A program made the translations under genes and the position numbers. A model generated the notes under the pieces. That model did not search any database and was not told the origin of the DNA. It worked only from the letters and a program-made list of their open reading frames with translations. A stretch of 64,000 bases of DNA from a virus. Its lineage: Duplodnaviria > Caudoviricetes. The DNA lies in IMG/VR virus record IMGVR_UViG_3300017722_005389. The stretch is one strand, 5' to 3'. Positions 1-7,664 of this stretch are shown piece by piece; position 1 is the first letter of the stretch; each line of letters opens with the position of its first letter.

Positions 1-1
1 A

Positions 2-877
2 GATCGAAAGTTTCGAGTGAGAACTATTAAACTCAGAAAGCAAATTTCTCAAGGACTTATTGTTCCTTTACCTGAAGGAAACTGGTCTGAAGGAGATGAC
101 TTAACAGATGTTATCGGTGTGAAAAAATATGAAAAAGTCGATAATAATCCTGCTCGTTATGAGAAACCTAGGAAACCTAAAACTTGGTATAAGAGAGTTA
201 TCTATAACCTCAAGTACAATTTCTTCTACAAAATGTTTCCGTTTCTTCTGAAGAAAGAAAGATCTGATTTTCCTAAGAATCTTGTATCAATTACTGATGA
301 AGAACGTATCCAAAACATCCCAAAAGTTTTACAAACTCATGCAGGAAAGACTTTTATTCTAAGCTATAAACTTGATGGTAGCAGTATTACTATCATTCAT
401 AATAAATTCTTAGGCAGAAGCAAATACCGAATCTGCAGCAGAAGATTTGAATTACATGGTAAGAAAAATGATTGGTATAAGGTATTTACCAATACCAATT
501 TCAAAAGACATATTCAAACTCTTGTGAAATATTATAAAACAGATGATATTATTGTTCAAGGGGAAGCTATCGGTAAATTCAATGGGAATCATCATAAATT
601 GAAAAGTGATGAAATCAAACTATTCAATATCTATGTCAATGGTAAAAGAATAAATCAAAAAGAATTTATTGAAGTATGTAGGGCTAATTATATCCCACAT
701 TGCCCTATGTACAAAGAAGTAGTTCTGAACCATACTTTACCTGAAATTTTAAAAATGTCTGAAATAAAAGACATTCTGAACATTTCTGTTGAAGCTGAAG
801 GGTTGGTCTGGAGATGTGTTGAAGATAATTTAAGTTTCAAAGTTATAAACAACAAATATCTGCTTAAAAATGAGTAA
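2..877 (+). CDS. RNA ligase, Rnl2/DRB0094-like (5'-truncated by window edge)
   Basis: Nucleotidyltransferase motifs KLDGSS (I), QGEAIG (III), LFNI (IIIa), EGLV (IV), FKVIN (V). The frame is open from base 2, so the real start lies upstream of the window. Confidence 0.85.
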   Translation, partial: DRKFRVRTIKLRKQISQGLIVPLPEGNWSEGDDLTDVIGVKKYEKVDNNPARYEKPRKPKTWYKRVIYNLKYNFFYKMFPFLLKKERSDFPKNLVSITDEERIQNIPKVLQTHAGKTFILSYKLDGSSITIIHNKFLGRSKYRICSRRFELHGKKNDWYKVFTNTNFKRHIQTLVKYYKTDDIIVQGEAIGKFNGNHHKLKSDEIKLFNIYVNGKRINQKEFIEVCRANYIPHCPMYKEVVLNHTLPEILKMSEIKDILNISVEAEGLVWRCVEDNLSFKVINNKYLLKNE

Positions 878-881
878 ACAT

Positions 882-918
882 AAAAAAACTTCTTTCGGAA
901 TGAAAGAAGTTTTTTTTT
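882..918 (+). terminator. Intrinsic terminator after the RNA ligase
   Basis: Stem AACTTCTTTC / GAAAGAAGTT with 5-nt loop, followed by a long T run. Confidence 0.8.
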
Positions 919-960
919 AATATAAAATTTTCAGAAAGCTAAAAAATTTTCTTATGAAAA

Positions 961-992
961 TTTGGAATCATCAGATAGTTTATATAACTTTG
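961..992 (+). promoter_or_regulatory. Bacteroidota-type primary-sigma promoter
   Basis: TTTG (961-964), 20-nt spacer, TAACTTTG (985-992), matching the TTTG-N19-21-TAnnTTTG consensus, ahead of the small-ORF cluster. Confidence 0.6.
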
Positions 993-1039
993 TAAAGTTA
1001 TTTAAAATAATATTTTTTATACAAACTAAATTTTTAATT

Positions 1040-1300
1040 ATGCCTAATTTTGATGTTGAAACAGATATAGATATCGATATAGATGATTTTGTCGATGCTT
1101 GTAATAAGTCTGAAATAGCAGCACTCATTCAGTACTTAGAAGATGAGGGACATATTTCTAAACGAATTGATACTAACTCCGCAAATAAAACTTTCTCAGA
1201 AATATATTTCGAAGAGAAACTGACTAAAATAGCAAATAATAGGCTTTTGCTATCTGATGAAGAATTTAAATTAATTGAAAATTTAGCAAACAGATTTTAA
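1040..1300 (+). CDS. Hypothetical acidic protein
   Basis: ORF track 962..1300; start moved to ATG 1040 because the upstream part overlaps the promoter. Confidence 0.7.
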   Translation: MPNFDVETDIDIDIDDFVDACNKSEIAALIQYLEDEGHISKRIDTNSANKTFSEIYFEEKLTKIANNRLLLSDEEFKLIENLANRF

Positions 1301-1303
1301 CTT

Positions 1304-1495
1304 ATGGAAATAGACTTAGAAAAAATCAGCAGAATTGAAGTTATCAATCATGCGAAAAACACATATTCCGTTGGGAGACTTCTAACCTTATATAAGGAAT
1401 TAGAAGATTTTGATTCACTGGAAATAAGTATTCAAGATGATGGAAGAACTATGAAGATTTTTATTAATTCAAATAAAGAAAATCCTAAAAAATAA
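1304..1495 (+). CDS. Hypothetical protein
   Basis: 63-aa ORF tightly packed in the co-oriented cluster. Confidence 0.7.
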   Translation: MEIDLEKISRIEVINHAKNTYSVGRLLTLYKELEDFDSLEISIQDDGRTMKIFINSNKENPKK

Positions 1496-1520
1496 TCAAA
1501 ATTTTAAAATTTTATTTAAT

Positions 1521-1727
1521 ATGTACTTAAAAATAAGAGAAAATGATGGAAGATATTTCTTCATCAATGCCGATCATGTAGTTTCAGTTGCTATGGATTC
1601 TGATAATGATAATCATACATTGATAAACACCTCTGATAATAATGTTTATTATGTGAAAATTCAAATTGATGAATTTTTTAAAACATTGCTTGCTCATAGG
1701 GCTCTTACTATTGTAAGAGTTAATTGA
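1521..1727 (+). CDS. Hypothetical protein
   Basis: 68-aa beta-rich ORF with A-rich leader. Confidence 0.7.
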   Translation: MYLKIRENDGRYFFINADHVVSVAMDSDNDNHTLINTSDNNVYYVKIQIDEFFKTLLAHRALTIVRVN

Positions 1728-1749
1728 TCTAAATTTAAACTTATATAAA

Positions 1750-1971
1750 ATGAAAAGAACTAAATTAACAGATTTTATTTTGAAAAACTTACGATGGACA
1801 GGTATATTTTTGTGGGAACAAATCTACTTCAATAGGTTAAGTAAAACATTAGAAGAATTTAAGAATAATTCAAATGTCGAAACTATCTCACGCAAAAATA
1901 ATGATGTGATTAAAAGTTTTTCAAAAGAAATTTTAGGTGATAGAACACTATATAAAGTTGAGGTGGTTTAA
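1750..1971 (+). CDS. Hypothetical protein
   Basis: 73-aa ORF in the cluster. Confidence 0.65.
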   Translation: MKRTKLTDFILKNLRWTGIFLWEQIYFNRLSKTLEEFKNNSNVETISRKNNDVIKSFSKEILGDRTLYKVEVV

Positions 1972-2012
1972 TTTTAGTTTATTAACTAAAAATAAATATA
2001 AACAGTATTATT

Positions 2013-2204
2013 ATGGAAAATATAAAACAAAAAATAGTAGAAATAATTACACATACCCACAAAACACCATTTGAACAAGCAGACGAAATATTGCTTTTAT
2101 TTAATGTTAGTGGGCAAAGCGAACAGTTGTGCCAAACTTTCTTTCCTGATGGAAAAACATCGAGTGCAACTAAATGTCAATTTTGTGGAAAAGAAAAGTG
2201 GTAG
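2013..2204 (+). CDS. Hypothetical protein spanning a cassette junction; C-terminal CxxC
   Basis: 63-aa ORF; GTTAGTG at 2106 lies in codons N-V-S; ends CQFCGKEKW. Confidence 0.7.
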   Translation: MENIKQKIVEIITHTHKTPFEQADEILLLFNVSGQSEQLCQTFFPDGKTSSATKCQFCGKEKW

Positions 2205-2221
2205 CATTAATGCACAATTGA

Positions 2222-2276
2222 CACTAACGGTTTGCATATAAAAAATCGTTTTAATGTTTTTTATACGCTGTTATAA
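2222..2276 (+). repeat. attC-like site 1
   Basis: CACTAAC ... stem GCATATAAAAAA / TTTTTTATACGC around loop TCGTTTTAATG ... GTTATAA. Confidence 0.6.
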
Positions 2277-2315
2277 GTATGTATTATTTTTGTTTTACCT
2301 ATTAAAAATATAATT

Positions 2316-2477
2316 ATGGATTGTCAAAGACCAACAAAAAACGAAGAAACAGGAAAATGGGAAGTTTGGGATTTTGCTTATGAAGAAAATGGTGAAAGGT
2401 ATTACGAACTTCACGAATTTTGGGAATATAAGGATGCTATCGAGTTTTGGAAAATAAGAAACCCAAAACAAAAATAA
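2316..2477 (+). CDS. Small Trp/Glu-rich cassette protein (53 aa, not in ORF track)
   Basis: Translated by hand: MDCQRPTKNEETGKWEVWDFAYEENGERYYELHEFWEYKDAIEFWKIRNPKQK; fills the space between the inverted repeats. Confidence 0.7.
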   Translation: MDCQRPTKNEETGKWEVWDFAYEENGERYYELHEFWEYKDAIEFWKIRNPKQK

Positions 2478-2483
2478 TATTAC

Positions 2484-2537
2484 TTATAACGTCTGATGAT
2501 AAACAATCGTTTTAATGTTGTTTATCATTTGTTATAC
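2484..2537 (+). repeat. attC-like site 2
   Basis: TTATAAC ... stem TGATAAACAA / TTGTTTATCA around the same loop TCGTTTTAATG ... GTTATAC. Confidence 0.6.
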
Positions 2538-2599
2538 ACAGTACGGATTAATAAGGTAGGGTGTTGATTTGAAATACAAATAAAACTTTTTAAAAAAAT

Positions 2600-2785
2600 A
2601 TGGAACAAAAACAAATTATAGAAAAATTACTAAAAGCATCAAATGAAATTAGTAAAAATGATAAACCAAAAGAGAGTTATATTTATCTTAGTGAAGAGTA
2701 TATTCAACAAAGAGCGGATGAAGGAGGAATTTCATTTGATGATATGGTGATGATTATTGAAGAAGAATTAAAATTTAAAAAATAA
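2600..2785 (+). CDS. Hypothetical cassette protein
   Basis: 61-aa ORF inside the third unit. Confidence 0.7.
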   Translation: MEQKQIIEKLLKASNEISKNDKPKESYIYLSEEYIQQRADEGGISFDDMVMIIEEELKFKK

Positions 2786-2789
2786 AATT

Positions 2790-2948
2790 ATGACACAACA
2801 AGAAAGAACTGAATTAATTAGGGAAATTAAAGAATTAATCAAATTAGATTATGAAAGTAAAGTTAATTCAAGAGGTTCGTTATTTGATGATGAAACATTA
2901 AAATTGATGAAATCAGTTTTACAAAAATGTTTGTCTTTGAGTAATTAA
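2790..2948 (+). CDS. Small hypothetical protein (52 aa, not in ORF track)
   Basis: Translated by hand: MTQQERTELIREIKELIKLDYESKVNSRGSLFDDETLKLMKSVLQKCLSLSN; starts 4 nt after the previous stop. Confidence 0.65.
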   Translation: MTQQERTELIREIKELIKLDYESKVNSRGSLFDDETLKLMKSVLQKCLSLSN

Positions 2949-3103
2949 TTTTAAAAAGTTTTTACACATAACTTAATTAGAACGTATGATGTAGTATTGT
3001 GTATAACTATATTATATAATTACTAACTTATAATTCATTGAAAATGAATAAGAAAGAGTAAGCAACTTTAAAGATTTGTGAACAAAAACTAAAATTAATA
3101 TAA

Positions 3104-3400
3104 ATGCTAAAGGAAATTATATTTTACTCTCCAATAGAACCTTTAAAAAATATAGCAGGTACAGCGATTCTGACGATAGACTGGTACAAAAAACAGTTTA
3201 AATTTCCTATTTCAAAAGAATATTTCGAGTCTAAAGGAATTAAGTCTTTTAGTACTCATACATTAAATAGTGAAATTCCAAATCTTTCAGATGTAGTTTC
3301 ATATAATTCCAAAGATTTTAATTTTCAAGGGAAAGTTGAAAAAAGATTATTTCAGTACCCTGAAGATATTATTCACATTTTAATAAGTCCTATAAAATGA
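3104..3400 (+). CDS. Hypothetical protein
   Basis: 98-aa ORF, ATGA-coupled to the NADAR gene. Confidence 0.7.
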   Translation: MLKEIIFYSPIEPLKNIAGTAILTIDWYKKQFKFPISKEYFESKGIKSFSTHTLNSEIPNLSDVVSYNSKDFNFQGKVEKRLFQYPEDIIHILISPIK

Positions 3401-4062
3401 TAACTTTTACAACCATCAACGATGAATTCGGTTGGCTTTCAAACAAATCTAATCATACTATAACATTTCAAGATATTACATTTCCAAGGGCGGATCATTG
3501 GTTTATTTGTTCAAGATTTAATTTTGACAAAGAAATTGTAAATGAAATTTGCAAAACTTTGGATCCTCTTGAGGCAAAACAGTTATTTAAACAAATCATC
3601 AGGAAAAATCCAGAACTTCTAAAGGTAAGATTACTTTCTAAAGAAGATGTTAAGAATATGGAAATATTACTTCAAATGAAAATTGAACAGCATCCTTGGA
3701 TGAAATGGCATCTTATGTGTACTGGAAATCAAATGATTTATGAAGATGTTACCAAGAAAGCAAATGTGAATGATTCTTCGTTATTTTGGGGTGCTGCATA
3801 TATCTGTGAAAATCAGGATTATGTTGATTGTTTTTGGACAGGTGAGAATATGCTTGGAAAACTTTGGATGAATTTGAGACAATCTTTGATTGCAAATTTT
3901 TATTATAATGAATGTACAAAATCTTCGGAAAACGGATTGACTCTTTTTTTAAAACATAAGGAGACAGATGAAATTGTCCAAAGAAGTGAATTAAATTCTA
4001 ATGAAGATATAACTTCTGCTTTGATAAAAAAAATAACTGGAAAATATTATGGAAATTACTAA
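3397..4062 (+). CDS. NADAR (YbiA-like) family protein
   Basis: FGWLSN, DHWF, LxMKxxQH, TG, D..FWG and GENMLGKLWMNLR motifs. Confidence 0.8.
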   Translation: MITFTTINDEFGWLSNKSNHTITFQDITFPRADHWFICSRFNFDKEIVNEICKTLDPLEAKQLFKQIIRKNPELLKVRLLSKEDVKNMEILLQMKIEQHPWMKWHLMCTGNQMIYEDVTKKANVNDSSLFWGAAYICENQDYVDCFWTGENMLGKLWMNLRQSLIANFYYNECTKSSENGLTLFLKHKETDEIVQRSELNSNEDITSALIKKITGKYYGNY

Positions 4063-4450
4063 TCAATCATCAAAAGAAACTTTAAATATGTTGCCAGGTG
4101 AACCCCCATCTGAAAACACTGATTCAAAACAATGTATTTCATTTGAAAATTCTGATAAGTCTGAATACATATATCTTGTTCATACAAGAATTGGAACATA
4201 TCCTGATAATATGGAGTTTGTTTTAGCTTGCTTTAAATTAGAAGCTGCAGCAAAGACCTTTGCGGAAGATCATGAAAAACTTCAAAATGAGATTATTGCC
4301 AATTGCCCTGTTTTTAATGATGAAGATTATGACGATATTGAATCTGAAGAATATATCAAAAAAGAAAATGAATATTTTCGATATTGGGAGGACAATAGAC
4401 TTGCAATGGAATTTAATAGCGTTTTTATTACAAAAATGATATTAAGATAA
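4049..4450 (+). CDS. Hypothetical acidic protein
   Basis: 133-aa ORF followed by a terminator. Confidence 0.7.
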   Translation: MEITNQSSKETLNMLPGEPPSENTDSKQCISFENSDKSEYIYLVHTRIGTYPDNMEFVLACFKLEAAAKTFAEDHEKLQNEIIANCPVFNDEDYDDIESEEYIKKENEYFRYWEDNRLAMEFNSVFITKMILR

Positions 4451-4470
4451 AATTTTTATAATAAAATGAC

Positions 4471-4500
4471 AAAAGCCAGGAATAATTTCCTGGCTTTTTT
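4471..4500. terminator. Bidirectional terminator between convergent genes
   Basis: AAAAGCCAGGAA-TAAT-TTCCTGGCTTTT. Confidence 0.8.
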
Positions 4501-4508
4501 GATTCTCT

Positions 4509-4976
4509 TTATTTATTAGGTATAAGTTTTGTAGAAGCATAAGTCATCCAATTGCCTATTCCATGTAATGCGTTGTTATATTCAGACCAGTTTTGGTAAT
4601 AGTAACTTTTTATTAATTCCATTTTTCTCGAATTTAATTCAGTTATAATATCTGAAACAAGACTTTCGATTATTAATTTCTTTTTATATTTAAAGGATTC
4701 CTGCATCATTAAATCATTTCCTGCAAGTATTTTACTTTCATTTATTAATTTGCGTAATAGAATATTCAAAGCTTTGAACATTCCATGTAAATCCTTTTTT
4801 GAATCCATATCAAGTTCATCAGAACCCATATAATCTTTTAATAAATCATGAATATCAAAAAGGATTCCTGTTAATTCTTCATGTTCTTTTTCTAAAGGAT
4901 TAGCAACTTTTTTTTCGTCTTGTTCTTTTATAACAGTTTTAATCAAACGTCTCAATTCGTTTAATGTAATTTTCAT
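4509..4976 (-). CDS. Putative head/internal virion protein
   Basis: Start MKITLNELRRLIK..IKE downstream of TATTTATA (5006-5013, minus strand); several INE/IIE sites. ORF track extends to 5021. Confidence 0.6.
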   Translation of the reverse strand: MKITLNELRRLIKTVIKEQDEKKVANPLEKEHEELTGILFDIHDLLKDYMGSDELDMDSKKDLHGMFKALNILLRKLINESKILAGNDLMMQESFKYKKKLIIESLVSDIITELNSRKMELIKSYYYQNWSEYNNALHGIGNWMTYASTKLIPNK

Positions 4977-5065
4977 AAATTTTATTTTAATAATATATGT
5001 TTGCATATAAATATCTTTCAAAGAAAAAAATAAACTTTCTAAAGGATATTTATAATAAATTTCTT

Positions 5066-5773
5066 ATGAGAGAATTCATAAAAATGTTATTGTTAACATT
5101 ACCTGTTTATGTGATGCTATATTTTTTATTTATGGATCAAAATAAGCTCACGCCTCAAGATGTAATGAATCAGTTGAATCAAAGAGACTCTGTTATCAGT
5201 AAAATAATTGATAAGCAGGGAAGGCTTGTTGTTGAGCATACGAATAGAGAATATTCTCCAGTAGTTATATCAAATTCAAATGAACCTGAATTTGTTCGTT
5301 TGAGAGATGAATTAAAATCTTTGGGAATAAGAATAAAAGATTTAAATTCATCAGTAACTATTATGGATCAAAAAATAGATTCTGGTAAGGTTAAAATTGT
5401 AAGAGTTAATGATACTTTGGATGTTTATTCTTTTGCTGATTCTACAAAAAAGAATATGAAGATAAAAGGCATAATCGATTTAAAAAATGGCGATTTGGCT
5501 TATGATTATACTTATACTGCGAAATATTCAATTTATTCTTATGATTATAAAAAAAACATTTTCAAAAGACCTGAACTTCGTTTGAAGATTGTGTCAGATG
5601 ATTCGACAAGTAATATTCAAGCTCAAACTTTCAATGTTAAAGCTCCAAGGGAAATTGTTAGTATTGGTGCTGGAATTGGTGCTTCATTGATTTACGATAA
5701 CGGATTTAAGATAAGACCTGCAATTCAAGTAGGAATTTTTAAACCAATTATTACATTTAGAAGTAAATCGTAG
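5066..5773 (+). CDS. Membrane-anchored coiled-coil protein, possibly spanin-like
   Basis: N-terminal hydrophobic helix, coiled coil, Gly-rich C-terminal beta-hairpin; TATTTATA at 5047-5054. ORF track starts at 4997. Confidence 0.45.
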   Translation: MREFIKMLLLTLPVYVMLYFLFMDQNKLTPQDVMNQLNQRDSVISKIIDKQGRLVVEHTNREYSPVVISNSNEPEFVRLRDELKSLGIRIKDLNSSVTIMDQKIDSGKVKIVRVNDTLDVYSFADSTKKNMKIKGIIDLKNGDLAYDYTYTAKYSIYSYDYKKNIFKRPELRLKIVSDDSTSNIQAQTFNVKAPREIVSIGAGIGASLIYDNGFKIRPAIQVGIFKPIITFRSKS

Positions 5774-5796
5774 TATTTATAATAAAATAATAAAAT

Positions 5797-7635
5797 ATGG
5801 ATTTATCTTATTTTGACAAATTAATTAAGGCAGCAGATGAATTTATGTATAATTTAACTGATGATAATGATCGTGGCATTATACATAATTTAATTGTTAA
5901 TTATGAAGGATTTAAAAAAAGAATAAATTTAAAAAAAAGAAGTTTTAGTGATTATGACACATCTTTAAAATATTTTGACACTCTCGGTAAAAAATCAAAG
6001 GATGAATTAAAAGCAACTTTTAACCCAATAGTAAATCGTGCTAAAAATCAATTAGATAATATAAAAACTAATTATTGGCATATCAGCGCAAGAGAAAGTG
6101 GTGAAGAGCTTAGAAAACTTGGTCATGATAAACAAGTTTTAAGAGTTTTAGATTTTTTAGAGAATTTTTATGAGCAATTTTCTGAAGGATTAAAATCATT
6201 CAAAGGACAATTATATGAAAACAAAAATAAAATACAAAAAATTATAAAAGAATATGGAATTCATCCAATGTTTAAAGAATTTTGCAACAATGTTGCAATT
6301 TTGCTCAATAAAAATTTTGATGGAGTTGTTTTAAATATAGATGGGTTAAAGGCAGCTATTAAAATCCCTAATCAATCAGAAACTGGTCTTTACCACGCAA
6401 GAAACTTTGGAGTAGATTCATACGATTTAGTTGTGTCATTAGAGGATGTAAATAATAATTTTGTTAAAATTACTATTGGTGGGGGTTATACACATAAATC
6501 TGAAGACCCTCAAGATGCTGCAGACTATATTACATTAATAGCAAAAACATATGAAAGAAATTCAAATGATTTCAGATTTAATAAAAAACTAAATTTACCA
6601 CTACAAGAAATGAAAACAGTAAAACACACAACGGTTGGAAACCTCAAAAGAAAAATTAATGAATCAAGAGAAAGAACTGCTCTTGGTATGGGATTTGGCA
6701 GTAAACCTGCATATGAATCTAATGTAGACCAAATGATGAGTTCTTATCAAAGAAAAATCGGTAATAAAGGCACTACTGGTTTAGGTCAAGGATTCAAACA
6801 AATGGATGAAACTCAAATGGTAGAATTTATTTCTAACATGGTTGAATCTCTCAAAGGAAAAACTGAATATCACAATTTGAAATTTGTTGATCGTTTGGGA
6901 AGTGAATATTTCTTGAATGAAAGACAAGTTAGAACTATTAAATCTATTATCAAAGAAGGTTCAAAAAGGGCTCCTAAGAAGCTTAAAAGATATATCAATG
7001 AAAACCTTGCCATTGAAGCTCAAGATATGTATGAGGGCTATTATGGTTTAACTAATGAGGCTGAGTCAATGATTCCTGAAATCAAAAAAATGTTTAATGA
7101 GAATAAAAGAGCATGTGGCAGTTCAGAAGAAGCTGCTCAAATGACTGCAGAAGCTTTAGATATTCCACAAGAAATGGTACAGGAAATGTATGAAAAAATG
7201 AAAGAATCATACGAAATGAAAATGGAAGGTGGACATATGGATGTTGAAGGTGCGTTGCATGAAATTTATGGAAAATATCAGAATATGTCTGAAGGTAATA
7301 TGGAACCAATGTATCAAGAGATCTCTGAATTGATGATGTATGAGGAAGATATGCCATTGGATGAAGTTATGTCTTTTTCTGATGAAGAAATGAATTTATT
7401 TACTAAAGGATCTAGGTATCGTAAAGAAAGGGATGGAGAAGAAGAAGAAGAAGAAGAAGAATATAATCCTTTTGAAGAAAGAGATGCAGATAATCCTGAA
7501 TATGGGATTGATGAAGAATATCTATATGAAGATGATGAAATGTGTGAGCAATGTGGAAAATCTGAAATGTATGAATCAATCAAAAGAAAGATTAATTCTT
7601 TCAAGAAAAGTAAAAATAATAAATACAAATTTTAA
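5797..7635 (+). CDS. Large putative internal head protein
   Basis: 612 aa; TATTTATA at 5774; repeated L/I-x-E sites; Glu/Met-rich acidic C-terminus. Confidence 0.55.
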   Translation: MDLSYFDKLIKAADEFMYNLTDDNDRGIIHNLIVNYEGFKKRINLKKRSFSDYDTSLKYFDTLGKKSKDELKATFNPIVNRAKNQLDNIKTNYWHISARESGEELRKLGHDKQVLRVLDFLENFYEQFSEGLKSFKGQLYENKNKIQKIIKEYGIHPMFKEFCNNVAILLNKNFDGVVLNIDGLKAAIKIPNQSETGLYHARNFGVDSYDLVVSLEDVNNNFVKITIGGGYTHKSEDPQDAADYITLIAKTYERNSNDFRFNKKLNLPLQEMKTVKHTTVGNLKRKINESRERTALGMGFGSKPAYESNVDQMMSSYQRKIGNKGTTGLGQGFKQMDETQMVEFISNMVESLKGKTEYHNLKFVDRLGSEYFLNERQVRTIKSIIKEGSKRAPKKLKRYINENLAIEAQDMYEGYYGLTNEAESMIPEIKKMFNENKRACGSSEEAAQMTAEALDIPQEMVQEMYEKMKESYEMKMEGGHMDVEGALHEIYGKYQNMSEGNMEPMYQEISELMMYEEDMPLDEVMSFSDEEMNLFTKGSRYRKERDGEEEEEEEEYNPFEERDADNPEYGIDEEYLYEDDEMCEQCGKSEMYESIKRKINSFKKSKNNKYKF

Positions 7636-7636
7636 T

Positions 7637-7664
7637 AAAAAAGCGGCTCAAAAAGCCGCTTTTA
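7637..7664. terminator. Bidirectional terminator overlapping the Clp ATPase stop
   Basis: AAAAGCGGCT-CAAAA-AGCCGCTTTT between convergent genes. Confidence 0.75.

Larger units (their letters stand above)
2106..3007 (+). mobile_element. Integron-like gene cassette array (three units, no integrase in window)
   Basis: Units 2106-2228, 2270-2490 and 2531-3007 each start GTTA and end with a complementary TAAC end; 41- and 40-nt hairpin spacers separate them. Confidence 0.6.

Noticed and set aside
962-1039. Longer ORF-track starts (also 4997, 5021, 12135, 14222, 19586, 39082, 42466, 63431)
   Set aside because: The extensions run through promoter motifs or neighbouring genes; downstream ATGs give better spacing or ATGA coupling.
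2222-2537. CRISPR array
   Set aside because: Only two full copies, with diverged stems, separated by an intact ORF instead of a 30-40 nt spacer; no cas genes.
3008-3103. A third complete attC-like site
   Set aside because: The TGTGTATAAC end is present, but no hairpin, conserved loop or GTT follows; at most a truncated site.
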